The notes under the pieces were generated by a model, which saw only the letters and a list, made by a program, of their open reading frames with translations, did not search any database and was not told where the DNA came from. A stretch of 64,000 nt of DNA. It comes from the human T2T-CHM13v2.0 reference genome, Homo sapiens. Of the stretch, positions 13,960-29,012 are shown in pieces. The first letter of the stretch is position 1. Every line of letters starts with the position of its first letter. Location of the stretch: the NCBI RefSeq assembly GCF_009914755.1, contig NC_060939.1; one strand, 5' to 3'. Made by a program: the position numbers and the translations under genes.

Positions 13960-14440
13960 GGAGACAGCACTTCAGGGAGTTGCAGTCAGAGGCCTGATGG
14001 GCAAAGTACCTGAGGAAACCACAGACATGTCCTACAAGCAAAGAACCAGTACATTCGCATTGACCACACTCAGAAAATACAAACCCCAGGTACCAAGGGC
14101 ATGGTGCACTTTTCCCTGTTACACTCTTTACTCCTTGGGCTCAGTCCTATCAAGGGGGAGGAGGGGGAAGAGGAAGACAAAAAGAACTGCATGCTCTCCC
14201 TGCCCTTCTACACATTTCAGCTGGAGATGGGGAAACATTTTAATTTGGATGAAAGTTTAGAGTTTTATTATTAGGCTGAGCTGGACATTTTATTACCTGA
14301 AAGGAATTGCAAAAGCTCTGGATCCTGCAGAAGATTTGACCAGAGGGGATAACTGTCAACAGAGTGGGTTTGCAAGAGAGTGATGAAGAAGAATAAAGCT
14401 TCTTCCTGCTTCATCTGTACTGAGTTCAGCCTATTCTATG
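13960..14440 (+). mobile_element. Possible ancient Gypsy-type LTR (MamGypLTR-like) 3' part
   Basis: gttttattattaggctgagctggacattttattacctg and gaagaataaagct resemble old LTR U3/R segments. Confidence 0.35.
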
Positions 14441-16277
14441 TATTTACATTTATCTGGGAGGGGGAGATACCTGATGATGATCAGGTCCCTGCATCCAACT
14501 GTCCCTCTCCGTTTTGCCTGAAGTAGAGTTGGGGTTTGATCTCTTTTATTCAAAAGGATTATGTGAAACCCAATCTGTATGGCTGAAGCAGGCTATAAAT
14601 CTGTAGGTCTCATACCCATTTCTAGCCACTCTTAAGAGAGTACCTTATGAATTTTCAAATAGACTCTGACTACAGAGAAGAAAATAAATGATTTTGTAGA
14701 GAAAGATTTTTTTTTCCTTTTTGTAAAGGCAAAATAGAAAGCTATGCCCTTCTGATAAAAAAGACTTTCAAGGAAGGCTCAAATTCAGGAAAGACAGAAT
14801 GTTGACAGTCATAGAGGAGAGTTGACCATCCTGAGAAGCAAGAAGGCTGGCAGGGCTATCAGTTAGACTACCTCTGTTGATGAGGAAACACTGGAAATTG
14901 AGGTTAAATGACTACAAGGAACTAGAGATCAGATTGTCCTAAAGTCACAAAGCCATCGTCGTAGCATGATAAACGAATGGTTCAAAGAAAATGAATCAGG
15001 ATGAATCTGAAAGATATGTTGTATTATAATCTGAGGTTAAGAACATACTAGACTATAACTAACAATAAAAGGCACAGGATTATAGGCTAAATATGTCTTT
15101 CCTTAAAAACTGTTTTCCGAGTGAAAAAAAAATCAGCCTCTTCTTTCTCGGTGATTTGACAGGGGAATTAAACCAAATCTGGAGAACCATGTGGGCATAT
15201 ACTGATTGCAAAAGTCCTAGAAACACAGGACTCAAATAAATGGTGACAAGAAAAACCACTGTGAGAACAAGTTTCATTTAAAAACCAAAAATATTAATTG
15301 AATTTCATTCAGTAAAGTGGAGAGCCCTCAACATGAATGAATCAATACAAAACCCAATCTTCCCTTCCTCTTTCAGAGCAGAATTCGCTCCTTAGACTGG
15401 ACTGGCTTTGTTGTCCTAAAATATAGCTCCGGCCAAAAGGCTGGATGGAAGCTGCTGAGCAGATGGGGCCTCAGCCTGTTCTGAAGTTCTGAGGTGGACT
15501 GACTCCTTGGGGAGCCATGGATGGAAAGGAGATGAGAAAAGATGTCAGAGAAGCCAAAATCCTCTGCAGGATCCCATGGTGGCCCTCCAGGAAAATCCTT
15601 TATTAGACAGGATCACGAGACACTAAGGTAGAAGGAATTCCCTCCTGTATCTCTGTTCTCAACAAGCAGTTACTGAGCAAAGCACTATTCTTGGTGCTCA
15701 GGCACTGTTCCAATCTTTGAACGCTGAGCAGATGTCATTGTCACCGAAGAAATGTGTAGCTGAATCACAGTGAGAAGAGGAAGGCAGACAGTGAAGGCTA
15801 AGATGAAGGGAGGAAACTGGCTTTTCTCTGTCTGCTAAGAAATTTAAAAATTAAAGTTCGAGTGTTAGGGTGCATGAATAGTGTTTGCTTTGCAATCAGC
15901 ATTGATTAGAGAAGGACCTTCTTTGCATTTTGAGGTAATTTTTTTTTGTTGGCCTTTCATTTTGGGTGGCTTACTTACTGCAACACAGGGTAATGCGCTA
16001 CATAAACTTTTGAAGTTACTCCAGATTTAAAATTCTATGTGCTTATGTTTTCTATTTTGCCTTATTTTTAGAATGTTTCTAATCTGACATATGCCTGTTT
16101 TACTGCATTAAGCAACTTGAGGACCAAACAATAAATGAATCACAGCCTCTGATTTTAAAAGAGTCATAGATGGAGATAAAAGAAGTGCCCAAATGATATC
16201 CTATTTTTAAATTTCTTTCAAAAAAAGTAAAAATAAAACACAGTGGAAAACTACTCCAGACAGGTAATCATACAAGT

Positions 16278-16833
16278 TGTGGTAGAATGATTGCAAGAAT
16301 TTTCCAAGTTTTTATTCTTTTCTCCACACCCTTTGTGATGTAACTTTGCAGTTTCTCCCACAGAGGGATAGAGTCAAGTTCCCTAAGCCTTGAGTTGGCT
16401 TTGTGACTTGCTTTGGGCCACAGAATGCAGCAGAAGTGATGGTGTGCCAGCTGTCAGCCTAAGCCTCAAGGAAATGGCCTTGCCATTTCCTCTTTCTTTC
16501 ACAAACCTGTCTCCACCATGAGACCAATCCTAAATTAACCTGCTAGAGGATGAGAGGTCATGTAAAAGAAAGCATAGTTGTCCCAGCTAAGGCCATCCTA
16601 GGCCACCTCACAGCCAACCAACCCCTTGCATGTGAGACAACCAAGCCAAGATCAGGAGACCTTCCTACCATCACACAGCTGTCTTCAGATCCATGGGTGA
16701 AACCAACTGAGACCTTAAGAACCATGCAGTTACCTTGTAGGCAAATAAAAAAAAAAAAGAGTTCATTGCTGTATGTTACTAAAACTCGGTTATTTGTTAT
16801 GCAGCTTTATTGTGACAATTGATAACCGATACC
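16278..16833 (+). mobile_element. MLT1G/H-type solo LTR
   Basis: tgtggtaga start; ggctttgtgacttgctttgg; cccagctaaggccatcctag; ttgttatgcagc...gataaccgatac end. Confidence 0.85.
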
Positions 16834-18672
16834 CAAGGCTTGATGAGACAAGCGTCTTTCAGCAAAGCCATGAAGAATGAGGAGGATTGTATCAGGGAGT
16901 TTAAATAGAGGTCCAGGCCAAAGGAATAGCATCAATAATACCATGGAGTGAGAAAGCTGAAAGTATTTTCACAGAATGGCAACAACCCAGTTTAATGAAA
17001 AGAGTTCAGAATTTCAAAATGACTCCTATCATGATATCAAGTAGAAGAACTGATCCAGAGAGTGGTCATTCTCTAGATAAGCTGCTCTATTGAAAGAAGG
17101 TTCATTCTGACATTGGGCCCCCTAAATGCCGGAGCTACGGAGATACAGATTGCACTCCTCACTGGGCTGGGCCAATAAGGTGCAAGAAATGGAAAGAGTT
17201 AAATCTTGTAATTGCTGCTGTTTTAACACATGCATCTGAGCAAGGCAAGAAAGGAAATACTTTCTTGAAATGAAAATAACATGATTGGATTGTGGAACAG
17301 AGAACTGGGACGAGTGAATACAGGTGTTTTAGCTGAGACAAACTTTTTATTTCACTGAAATTTAGAAGCACTCAAATCAGATTTTTGTATCGGCTTGTTG
17401 TTGTTCTACCAAGAAATTAAATCTAGGAACTTGCAGGTGTTACTGAGGGGCTATCAAGTTGGACTGCCTCAAAAATCTTTGGGGAAGTAGGTGGCATATG
17501 AATAATCGATACATAGCTAATCCCTTTTTAAAGAAACTGGAAGAAAAACAAAAACATAGTGTTGACTTCCTCATATTGATTGTTTGCTTTTACTTTATGT
17601 TCCCCCCTCCCATTTCCTGTTATTGCCAGCATGCTAGGTGACCTTTCTGTGTTTAATTACTCAAAAGAAACACACAAGAAATGAATGCCAGGGGAAAAGA
17701 GCTTCTCTATCCCTGAATGTCTTGTCAGAATAACCACCCCCAAGCTCTTTCTTCTCTGTGTAGGATAGGCAATACTTGTTTGAAATGAACAGAAAATAAA
17801 ATGGAGAAAGCATATGGCTGTAAGGCCAGAGAAAGCAGAGTACAGGGGGGACAACTAAGCACAAACATGTTTCTCCAAGTAAGAGGCTCAGTGTCATTTT
17901 TTGGAATACAGTGGTTCCTAAATGGCATATTCCTGGGAATTCCTAAAACAGAATTCTCTTAAAATAGAAATCAGACACTTCTATCAGGGGACTCTGAATA
18001 ATTAGATCCAGTTATCTTGCCCAACTGCAATAGCCATTATTCCCAACCTAGCTATTGCATAGACAGAGCCTCTGATATAAACAATGCTGAAGAGAATAAG
18101 AAAGATGTGACACTCAGTCAAGTGTCACACACCACTCTCTCCAACAAGCACAGAGGAAGTAATATTAATTTCTTCTCTCATTATTTCATTTGTACCCAAT
18201 GCCTTCAGTGCCTAATAAAAGCTACTTTACTGCCGTGGATTATTTTCTGATTTAGTGACTATTTTATTTCACTATTATGAGGCTTGATAAAAGGAGCAGG
18301 GAGTGACACAGGAGAACTTCAATTTGAATTATAAGATTTCTCATTTGCAGTTTGGGCACCGAGACAGAACAACTTGACTCAATTTCACAGCCCTCGAACT
18401 GGAGTCCACACTGACAGGGAGGCAGTTCAGAGGCCTTGAGGGGGTGCATGCCAGGGGGCACCATCCAAGTCTGTAGAGAAACAACTTGGAAATTAAAATC
18501 TTTTAGTGAGAGTTAGAACAAAGCAGTGTGGGAGGGGGTGAAGTGGCAAAGAAAGGAATTATGTCTGTGTTAAGGACTCTAATACTTGAGATATTCATCT
18601 ATTATGCCATTCTAAGAGCAAACGGTATGAAAGGGCCACACTTCGGTGTATATGCTTAATTAGCCACCTCAG

Positions 18673-19040
18673 TGCTATAGGTTGAATGCTTGCATCTCCC
18701 CAAAATTCACGGGTTGAAATCCTAAGCCCAAGGTGACAGTAGTAGGAGGTGGGGCCTTTGTAAAGGTGGTTGGAGCAAGAAGGCAGGGCCCTCATGATTG
18801 GGGTTAGTGCTCTTATAAAAGGGATCCCAGAGAGCTCCCTCACCCCTTCCACCACGTTTGAGCAAGGACTGAGCAAGAAGACTGCCATCTAGGAACCAAG
18901 AAGCAGGCCCTCCCTAGACACCAAATCTGCCTTGATCTTAGACTTCCCAGCCTCCATTACTGTGAGAAATGAATAGACGTTGTTTATAAGCTCCCCAGTC
19001 TATGATATTCTATTATGGCAGCCTGAATGGACTAAGACTA
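18673..19040 (+). mobile_element. MLT1A0-type solo LTR
   Basis: Full-length MLT1A sequence. Perfect TSD CTCAG at 18668-18672 and 19041-19045. Confidence 0.92.
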
Positions 19041-21229
19041 CTCAGTGACTAACCCAGATTTATGAACTTCACCATATGGATGCCAGTCACAGGCTGGCTC
19101 CCCAGGCCACACTCTGTTAAACTCAGACCCAAACACCTAGTTGATTTACTTCACATTGCTTTCCCTTTGTCTTAGCAGATTATCAGTTGAGCTAAAGGAA
19201 ATGAACATCCTCATCTTTCCTGCACTGGACATTTTCTCTCAGGGTACCAGCCACTGGAAGAATGATGACCATAGAGTTTCTTGATTGAACTCATGATCTC
19301 AGCTTTTCTGGTCACAAGAACTAAAAGTCCCAACTTTAAGTGCTAGCCTGAGAACAACGCAAGTGTCAAGATTGCTCAGGAAATGTGACTTTCTTATCTT
19401 GCTCACAAAAAAAGTCATTGTTGTTAAAGCGGGTCAACAAAATTGATTTCAAGGGCTGAGATAGTGATTTTTCACCTGTGCCAAGAGAGCAAGTACTTTT
19501 TTCCCAGTGTTTTTTTTTACAGACAATCATTTAACTTTGCCTGTAGATGTCAGTGTCCCAGTAACCTCCTTTGGACATGTTAGAAATGGTGTTGAGAACA
19601 GACTTCATGGTTTCTACCTTCTGCTTATCACCTCCCCAACAAATGCCCCCTTGTCTCCAATTTCTACGTACAAGAATATCGGTTTTCATGTCTCAGCTTG
19701 AGATCCTTGATTTAAATCCCTGATTTATTTTTACTCGTGTCCCCAGTGCCAATGTGGGAGAGTTCAGACATGTTTTCATATTCACTGAGATGTCAGAGAA
19801 ATTAAAGAAGAGACAGATTTTTCATATCAGTCAGTTAAAGACTAATTACAACTGTGCTTTCCAGCAAACCAGTGATTGTAGGCTAATTTTCGGTTATGAA
19901 ACAGAAACTGAGGTTAATGAGGCTAATTGTGTTTACCAGCATTTTTGAATAAAAGAAAAGAAGCCAACTCAATTTTGAAGAGACTTCTTTGTCAGGAACA
20001 AATTGGGGAAAATTGCTACAGTGGTATCAGCGTTTCCTAAAACTGCTAAGTGCCATGCTTGGGAAACTAACATCCTTGAACACAAGCTAGCAGTCCAGAA
20101 AATCAGGTCCTTAGACAGTGAGGCTTTCCTGATCCAAAAGGTATTGCTGCATGACAGTGATAGCTGAAATCTTGAAAGCAATGCCACATAGAGACATTCA
20201 AGTGGCTAGCCCTCGATTCTGTCTTCTTGGGTAAGGGGGAGAGGCAGGAGGAATAAGCATATGTTGATGTCTGATAAACCAACATTCTGGCTTTGCTGAC
20301 TTCTACAGTTTGAGGGAGGTGACAGAGGAATGGAATCACCTGAGAAGAATACTGCTTCCAGCAGGAAACTAATGGGTAACTCTGACACCCCAAATGTGAA
20401 GTCACTGCCTCATGTTTTGGGTTGCTCACAAATGGTAATCCCTACTTCCCAGCAATTCCAACAAGGAAGAAGATTGGCTGTAAAAACTCCTGGGGAAAAT
20501 CATCAGTCAAGAGCCAAAGTTTCCTGAGGCCATGAACCTCCACCAGGTAACAGTACAAGTATTACTGAAATACCAAGTTCATGGGGAAAGAGAGAAATGA
20601 AAGGCCAACATTTCCCATGTGGGCTCTATCGGCTTGGTGTGAAGGCTCCTCCCCTTTGATTACGCTAGACCATATGGCAGAGTTAACTGTGCTCTAGAAG
20701 AGGTTGATATGTGGCCACTAACATCAGATTACTTTAGTTCTAAATTTAGGTTCCAAGATCTCAATGTTTCTAATGAGGCCTCTATAAAGGATCCTTTGGA
20801 GGCATTAGGCAGACTCTAGTGGTACAGTAGCTTTAAGAAGGACAGCAGTATTTTGAAATGCATCACATTGACTATTATAATTCTGAACAACATACCCTGT
20901 TTTGAAGGATATCTGGGGTCCTTCAACTTCAGATTGTTTGAAGTAATCACAAACTATTGATATTTGTAATGATGGTAATATGTCCACGATCCAGCTAGGA
21001 CTAGTGGAGCACAGGACATATGCCTGAGGAATACAAGAAAAAAAGATGACATGGCTTGCACTAAAGGAGTTTACTCTCTTCCAGGGAGACCAATCCCACC
21101 CACAGTTGACAAAATTGGGCATGAAATAAATTGTATGTTTTAAAGGACGGTCACATTAGGTGTAATTACATGCCGTAGTACAAGATACAGCAAGTGCTAA
21201 ACACAATCAGAAATCAAAGATAATTCACA

Positions 21230-21445
21230 TTCACTAAAGCTCTGTTCAAATGCAATTTCTTTTGTGGTCTCATCCCTCTAGTCACTGTTAGTCACCTTTT
21301 CCTCGGGGTATACTTGTCTATCTAACTAGTTTTTTCTTTAAACCGTAAGCTCTTTGAGGATAAATATCCTAACTTGCCCTTATATTCTTCACAGCACATA
21401 ATAATGACATAAAATATACATTCAATAAATATTTACTAAGATGCA
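21230..21445 (+). mobile_element. L2 LINE 3' fragment
   Basis: gtaagctctttgagga ... cattcaataaatatttact. Confidence 0.65.
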
Positions 21446-22612
21446 AATTAAAAAAGGGAAGATATTTGTGTTTTCTAGAGGTTACTGGGGAAAGAGTTAT
21501 GGAGAATATAAAAAATAAGCCAGAGCCACAAGAGCTAGAGGGAGACAAATTTAGGTGAGAAAAAAGAAGTTGACTGAGCAAATACAGAGAAAGTAACCAA
21601 CTTGTTTGAGTGGCAGGGGTGGAGTGGGGATCAATAATGAGAAATCTGATGATAGATGAAGAATTGTCATAGATGAACGAAGAAAGCTGAGACAGAGTTT
21701 AGAGAAAATAGTTAAAGTATAAGAAGCTTAGGTTTGCCAAAATTCAACTCATTGATCCTTTATGTCCTTTTATGAAATGCATGAAGGTGTTTCTGGGATG
21801 GGCTTATGTGAGCTCAGAAAAATGTTTATGACTGCGAGCTTGCAAGGCTGGATGCCTGCTGCACTGGTCCTTTAGAGGTTAGAGTAGTAGGCTGCTTAGG
21901 TCAACAATGGAAGTTCAGAAGTAACCCTATGTACAAGGAGTGCTTATTGAAAATCAGGCCAAGAAACTATTTATTGTGGGGATCCAGGCTGTGTCTGTAT
22001 GCACAAAATATCCTGGCCAACTCTGATTAGCCTAACCTGCCTGGCAAACTAACATGGTCTTGGCTCATAGGATCGAAGTACTGGCTCTCCAGGATCAACA
22101 AGGTTAATTAGTCATTTTCCACTGTGGTAACTTTTTGGATATTACAACCTATGCAAGGCATATATTTTCACATTAGATTTTCCTACTTGCTCATAGGATC
22201 TGCAGGCTCAGTCCAGGAGAAAACAAGCCTATGGCCACACTGGTGTGCAAAGACTGCAAAATCATCTAGGGATGGTGGACTGGCTACTTTTTCTGTGGTC
22301 ACAGGCCTGAGTGTGAACATCCCTATTCATACCAAGAGCCATTTGGTCACAATAGGGCTTTGAGGTCACTTGAATTCTGACATTCTACCCAGCAATCTCC
22401 AGAGTTCTCCACAGCAGATCCAGGCCATGGGTAGTTCACAGTGGGCACAGAGCCTCAGCTCATTAACATTTTATGTGTATGAGATAACTGCATCTTGTTT
22501 CTGAATAGAAAACTAGTACAGAGTGGCACCCAAATTTCCCCATGTCCAGGCATTCTATGCACTATTGTTTGCAAAATTATAGCAAAATCATGCATTCCTA
22601 CTATTTTATAAC

Positions 22613-22793
22613 AGGAGAAGGAGGACAAGGAGGAGGAAGATAATTGAGGAGGAGAAGAAGGAGTAGGGGGAGAAGAAGAAGGAGTAGGGGAAGAAGAAGA
22701 GGAGGAAAGAGAAGGAGGAGGAGGAAGAGGAGGAAGAAGAGGAGGAGGAGGAAGAGGAGGAGGAAGAGGAGAAGGAGGAGGAGGAGGAGGAGG
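22613..22793. repeat. GA-rich (GGA/GAA) low-complexity polypurine tract
   Basis: Seen directly; pyrimidine-free from about 22686 to 22793. Confidence 0.95.
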
Positions 22794-22999
22794 TCGTCAT
22801 TATTTTGGCCACCACAACCAAAATGTATCCTGATTGTTTCTCATATTTTCCAATCCAACATTGCAGAAGACTTTCTAATCTCCGTATTTATACTTAGAAT
22901 TTAAAAATATTCTGAAGGTCAAGAAAGAAGTAGGCAAATCCCCAGGACAGACCCAGCCCTTATGCTCCTCACAACCTGCCTACTCTTGGCTTTTGCAAC

Positions 23000-23405
23000 C
23001 TTGAGTTCAACTACCGTCACTTCATACCACCTGTCGCTCCCCACACATGCTGTGTGCTTTCCTGCTTTGTTCCCTCTCCTAGGCTGCAGCCCCTCACCCT
23101 CTGCCAAGTTCTAGAAGTGCACAGCATTCCTGAAGGCCTGGTTCAAATACCATCTCTTCTGGGAGGCAGGCAGAGCTCGTCACTCCCTCCTCAGCACGCC
23201 CACCCCTGACACTGAGCACTCTTGTCCACTACCTAATTTGTCATGTTGTCATGAAGTTAGTGTTTGATGAATGTGTCCCTTGCTTCTTTGTGAGCTAAGT
23301 AAGGATATAGAATGGAGTTTACTCTCATAGGCTGGCATAAAGTAGGTATGCAGAAATAACATTTACTGGATGAATCAATGCTTGCATGCATGAGTGAGTG
23401 TATTA
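23000..23405 (+). mobile_element. L2 LINE 3' fragment
   Basis: gttcaaataccatctcttctgggagg; ctggcataaagtaggtatgc ... tggatgaatcaatg. Confidence 0.65.
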
Positions 23406-23880
23406 AACAATAAAGTTAAAGAAAGAGCCCTCTATTTTCATCTGAGAGAAATCCTTTCTAAATAAGACAAGGATAAATTCTTCCATGGCTGTAAACTACT
23501 CTGTGGGCATAGAGCTAAAGGTTTTGAACTTACTCTTAGAGGACTCTGGTAACTGATATGATACAAAGAACCTAGGAAGATATAAAAAGAACCAAAGGCA
23601 TTCTGTTACCTCACCTGAGAACAGAGAGAGCAAATTTTCTGAATTAACAGAGTAGACTCCTATTGCTGCATATTTTTGTATATATGAGTGTGTGTGCACA
23701 CGGGAGGACACACCTGTGTGAGTGGGGGGGGCAGTGTGTGTATATGGGGCAGAAGTCAGGGCATAAGGATTGAGGAACACATGGAGAATGTATCTGAGTT
23801 GATAGAGTTAATAACAGACTCTACACAATTACAGGAAACACTTGCACACTGAAAATAATCACAAAAAATATAGAAAATTT

Positions 23881-24248
<368 letters not shown>

Positions 24249-24623
24249 TTATGACTGCAAAATTCACTCTTCTTCATATTATCAACTTCTTTGTATTCTT
24301 CTATTTTCAAAAAAAGTTAATATTTTGTCTCCCAGGTTAAAAGCAGGAGATTTCCTATTTGTCTAGCTGGACTAAGTTCTGTCTTCTCAGAATTAGGAAG
24401 GCAAGAGCTTAGCATCAAACAGGCTTAGACCTCACAAAGCCATTCCTAGCAACAAACAGGAAGTAAAATGCACAGATTTAACAATATGAGACGTTGGTAG
24501 AGTAAGTCAGTATTTACCAGGTTGACTGCTTTATGCAGTATAGAAAATTGGTCTATTTGTGAATATTGTGTAATTTCATATACAATTGTTTAATTATAAT
24601 TTCATTTTAGAAACAAGCTGCTT

Positions 24624-24824
<201 letters not shown>

Positions 24825-25159
24825 CTAACATACATTATACAGATTATAAATGAGTCTAACATGCTATGGAGGGAAAAAACTCATGTAGGCCTAGTTCATA
24901 CTAACAAAACTGCAGTCTGAAAACAAGTGGTTAAAGGGATATCCCTTGCCTCAAATGTTTTCACTATTTTTTCTCTAAAATTATGAGAGTAGTTGCCTAA
25001 GTTCTCCAGTTCTCTATGTATGTGTAGCTATAGATGAAAACTCGTTTGCTCTGGAAATAAAATGCTTTCTAAAGCATTTGCTAATGCTTTCTAAATGAAG
25101 GTCAAGAAAAGAAAGAAAAATAGTATGTTTTGTTGGAGGAAAGTTTCAAGTTTAATTAA

Positions 25160-25430
25160 ATTATAGAACATCATGATTCAAAGGAACTTCAGGGATTGTC
25201 TGATAGAAGTCTTCATTGAATTATCAAATCCTGGCCCAAGTGGACATCAGCTGCTACTTGGATCTTCTAATGACAAGAAGTGCAAGAGAGAGTATCTCAT
25301 TTGTTTCCTGAAATTTCTGATTGTTTAAACTTCTAAGTACAATCTGCCTCCTGAACATTCCATTGTAGTTCTTTGATCTGGAGCCGTACAAAAGCTTCCT
25401 CTTTTACATGTCAGCTTTACACACCACCCT
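25160..25430 (-). mobile_element. L3/CR1 LINE 3' fragment
   Basis: catcagctgctacttggatcttctaatgacaagaag ... aatctgcctcctgaacattcca ... cttttacatgtcagc pattern of antisense CR1. Confidence 0.5.
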
Positions 25431-25557
25431 CAGCCTGGAGGATAATTAAAGTTGCTTGGAATTTGCCACTCAAGGAATCGTATCCTACCTGAATGATAAT
25501 ATCCCACTAGGAGAAAATCAGGGCAAGCTCATGGTCAGTGCCAATAAACCTTTCAGA

Positions 25558-25906
25558 AGTTATGGACCAAATGTCCAAATTCCTATGTTGAAGCCCTAAT
25601 CTTGAATGTGAAGGTAGTTGGAAGTAATTAGGTTTAGATGAGGTCACAAGGATGGGGCCCCCATGATGGGATTAATGTCCTTTTAAGAAGAGGAAGGCAC
25701 CAGAGTTCTCTCTCTCTTTCTGCCATGCCAGGTCACAACTAGACATGGCAGTCTGCACGCCAGGAGGCGGGCCCCTACCAAGAATTCAGCCATACTGATA
25801 CCCTCATCATGTGCTACCCAGCCTCCATAACTGTGAGAACAATTGTCTGTTGCTTAAGCCACCCAGTCTATGGTATTTTGTCATAGCAACCAAGTAGACT
25901 AATATA
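25558..25906 (+). mobile_element. MLT1A-type solo LTR
   Basis: aattaggtttagatgaggtcacaaggatggggcccc; ttaagccacccagtctatggtattttgtcatagc. Confidence 0.9.
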
Positions 25907-25923
25907 AGAAAGAACCTATAAGC

Positions 25924-26242
25924 CTGCTCTGTCCAGTATGGTAGTCATCAGCCTGCCAATTGTGATTATTGAGTGTTTGACATATGGCTGATCTAAATTG
26001 AGATGGGCTGTGGGTGTAAAGTACAGAGCAGATCTCAAAGACTTATATGAAAAAAGAATGTAAAATATCTGTTTAATTTTCTACATTGATTACATGTTGA
26101 AATAGTAATCGTTTATAATATTGAATAAATTAAAATAATTTACTAAAATCAATTTCATTAGTTTTTTTTTGCTGTATAATGTGACTTAGAAAATATAGAG
26201 TCATATACATGACTCATGCTATAGTTTTATAGAAGAACACAG
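25924..26242 (-). mobile_element. MER33 (hAT-Charlie) MITE
   Basis: aaaaaagaatgtaaaatatct ... ttgattacatgttgaaat core; ctgctctgtcc / gaacacag termini. Confidence 0.85.
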
Positions 26243-26510
26243 CTCTAAAGGCAAGCAGCTGTTCACAGATGTGACAAATCCAAGTCTAGCCTGGCCTCTG
26301 CTTTATCCTTTCTTACTTCTGCCTTTCCCCAATCCCACTGGCCCATGTCCCTTCTTTTCTGCATGTTTGTAGCAGGGTTCACCCTCATCCTCACTAATGT
26401 CAAGTCAAACCTCAAATTTGTATGTGGCTCCTCAATTGAGTACTCAAAACTCAGGACCACATGTTTGAGGACTCTAATGATACAGTAATTGGCCCTCAAT
26501 AGGCTAAGCT

Positions 26511-27427
26511 CCATTCACTCAAACACTCAACAATTTTTTTTGCAGTTACCTCATGCTAGGTATTCTGTTGGGAATAGAAAAATGAATGAGATAGTCCCCT
26601 CTTGTATGGAACACATGCTTGACTGGGAAGATAGATGTTAGACAAATATACATACATGCACATACAATAACTTGTCAGTTCAAATTGTGATAAATTCTAT
26701 GGTGCAAGTAGTATGACCAGAGGATCTTGTATACCTTGGAAATCACAGGGAGCATTTTTAAGGAAGCGGTAATGAAAGGAAGATTTGAAAGGCAGGAAGG
26801 AGTAATCCGGGTGAAGACCAAGAGAAAGAACTTTTTAGGTGTGTGATGGCCTCAAAGTGAGAAAGAGCTTGGCCACATTCAACTAAATGGAAGGAGGCTG
26901 ATATAAACAAAGGGCTTGGGGTCAGGAGGAGAACGGGCCAAGATGAGGTTGGAGATGGAGGCAAGGCCCATATCAAAAACTGCTGCAAACCATGTCAGGA
27001 AATTTGTACTTTAAGTATACTGACTGCCAACTGAAAGATTTTAAGCTCTACAGTGACAGGATGACAAATGTGTGGGGGTTTTTTTGTTTGTTTGTTTCTA
27101 AAAAAGATTACTCTAACAATCATGTGCAGAATAGACTACAAGGGTCCAAGAAAGAAAGCAAGAAACTAGTGAGGCTATTTTTGGTGTTTAGGAAAGAGAT
27201 GTAGGTGGCTTAGTCTTGAGGGAATATAAACTTAGATAGTGGATGGACTCAAAATAAAATCTATAGAACTTGGAAGAGATTGTATAGAGTGAGTGATGAA
27301 AAAATAGAGATCAAGGATTGCTCCAAGTTCCCAGCATCAGCATTTGGAAAGATGAAGATGTCTTCACGAGCAGAAGAAGACAGATGAAGGAACAGCAAAA
27401 AGAAAGATCAAGAGTTCAGTTTAGACA
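26511..27427 (-). mobile_element. L2 LINE fragment (about 0.9 kb)
   Basis: cattcactcaaacactcaaca start; gatgaggttggagatggaggcaaggccca; gatcaagagttcagtttagaca. Confidence 0.8.
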
Positions 27428-27861
27428 GCCCAAGAACTCTGTTCTTGGCAAGTCATGAACACTATGATTAAAAAGAGCCAGATAGGGTAGAGGTCAAGGG
27501 TACGGTGAGAAGTAGTAATAGTCATGACCTTTCTCACAAATAAGAATGGGCAAATGTTTTGACCTATCCCACATTAACAACATAAACTAAGAGGCATGAT
27601 TAGTCAAAGGTTTCAGAAGGAATCTTGAAAAACATAAAGGACAGTCTTTTGATGACTAAAATTATGACCAGGAGTGAGTGTGTGAAATTAGCCTGACTGT
27701 TTTTGGGTATGGCTGCCTAACTCATGACCAAGGGAATGTGTGTTCACCTGAATGCAACAGGATTCAAGCTGGAGGCACTGGAACTATCCATCAAGCTTAG
27801 TATTTGCCTTCAGAGCTTCTTCTCAAATATTTACAAAAATGGTTAAGAATCCTGAACCTAA

Positions 27862-28171
27862 GGCTGTGCACAGTGGCTCACTCCTATAATCCCAGCACTT
27901 TGGGAGGCCAAGGCAGGCAGATCACTTGAGGCCAGGAGTTCAAGACCAGCCTGGACCACATGAAGAAACCCCGTCTCTACTAAAAATACAAAAATTAGCC
28001 AGGCATGGTGGCACATGCCTGTAATCCCAACTACTTGGAGGCTGAGGCACGACAATCACTTGAACCCAGGAGGCAGAGGTTGCAGTGAACTGGGATTGTG
28101 TCACTGCACTCCAGCCTGGACAACACAGCAAGACTCTGTCTCAAATAATAATAATAATAATAATTTAAAAA
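27862..28171 (+). mobile_element. AluS (Sx/Sz-like) with (AAT)n tail
   Basis: Full dimer. 17-bp TSD aagaatcctgaacctaa (27845-27861) versus aagaattatgaatctaa (28172-28188). Confidence 0.95.
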
Positions 28172-28543
28172 AAGAATTATGAATCTAACATTGAAGTAAA
28201 GAGGAAGCACTAGGAAAAAGTGGGAGTACTAGAAAGCATCTTACTCATAGCATGTGTCTCCCGGGAAGCTTATAGAAACTGGATTCTTCTGTGCTTTCTA
28301 GTTGGCAAGAAGAGTAAATTCCTTACCAGGCAAACTTAGAGTTCTCCCTAAGTCTCTCACCCTGTTGAATATACAGGAAACCCCACAAAAGAGGACAAGT
28401 CTACTAACTTCCAAGGAAATAAAATGTGCCTATGCTGCTGTATCTTTCTTACAGACACAAGGAATGATCCATGGAAATAAGGAAGCAACCCCAAAACCCA
28501 GTCTGTTGGAAGTCGAGTTTTTGATGATTAAAAAGGCAGGTAC

Positions 28544-29012
<469 letters not shown>

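Noticed and set aside
22606-22904. Ser-rich and Arg-rich (protamine-like) ORFs
   Set aside because: Translations of a GA-rich simple repeat that lacks stop codons.
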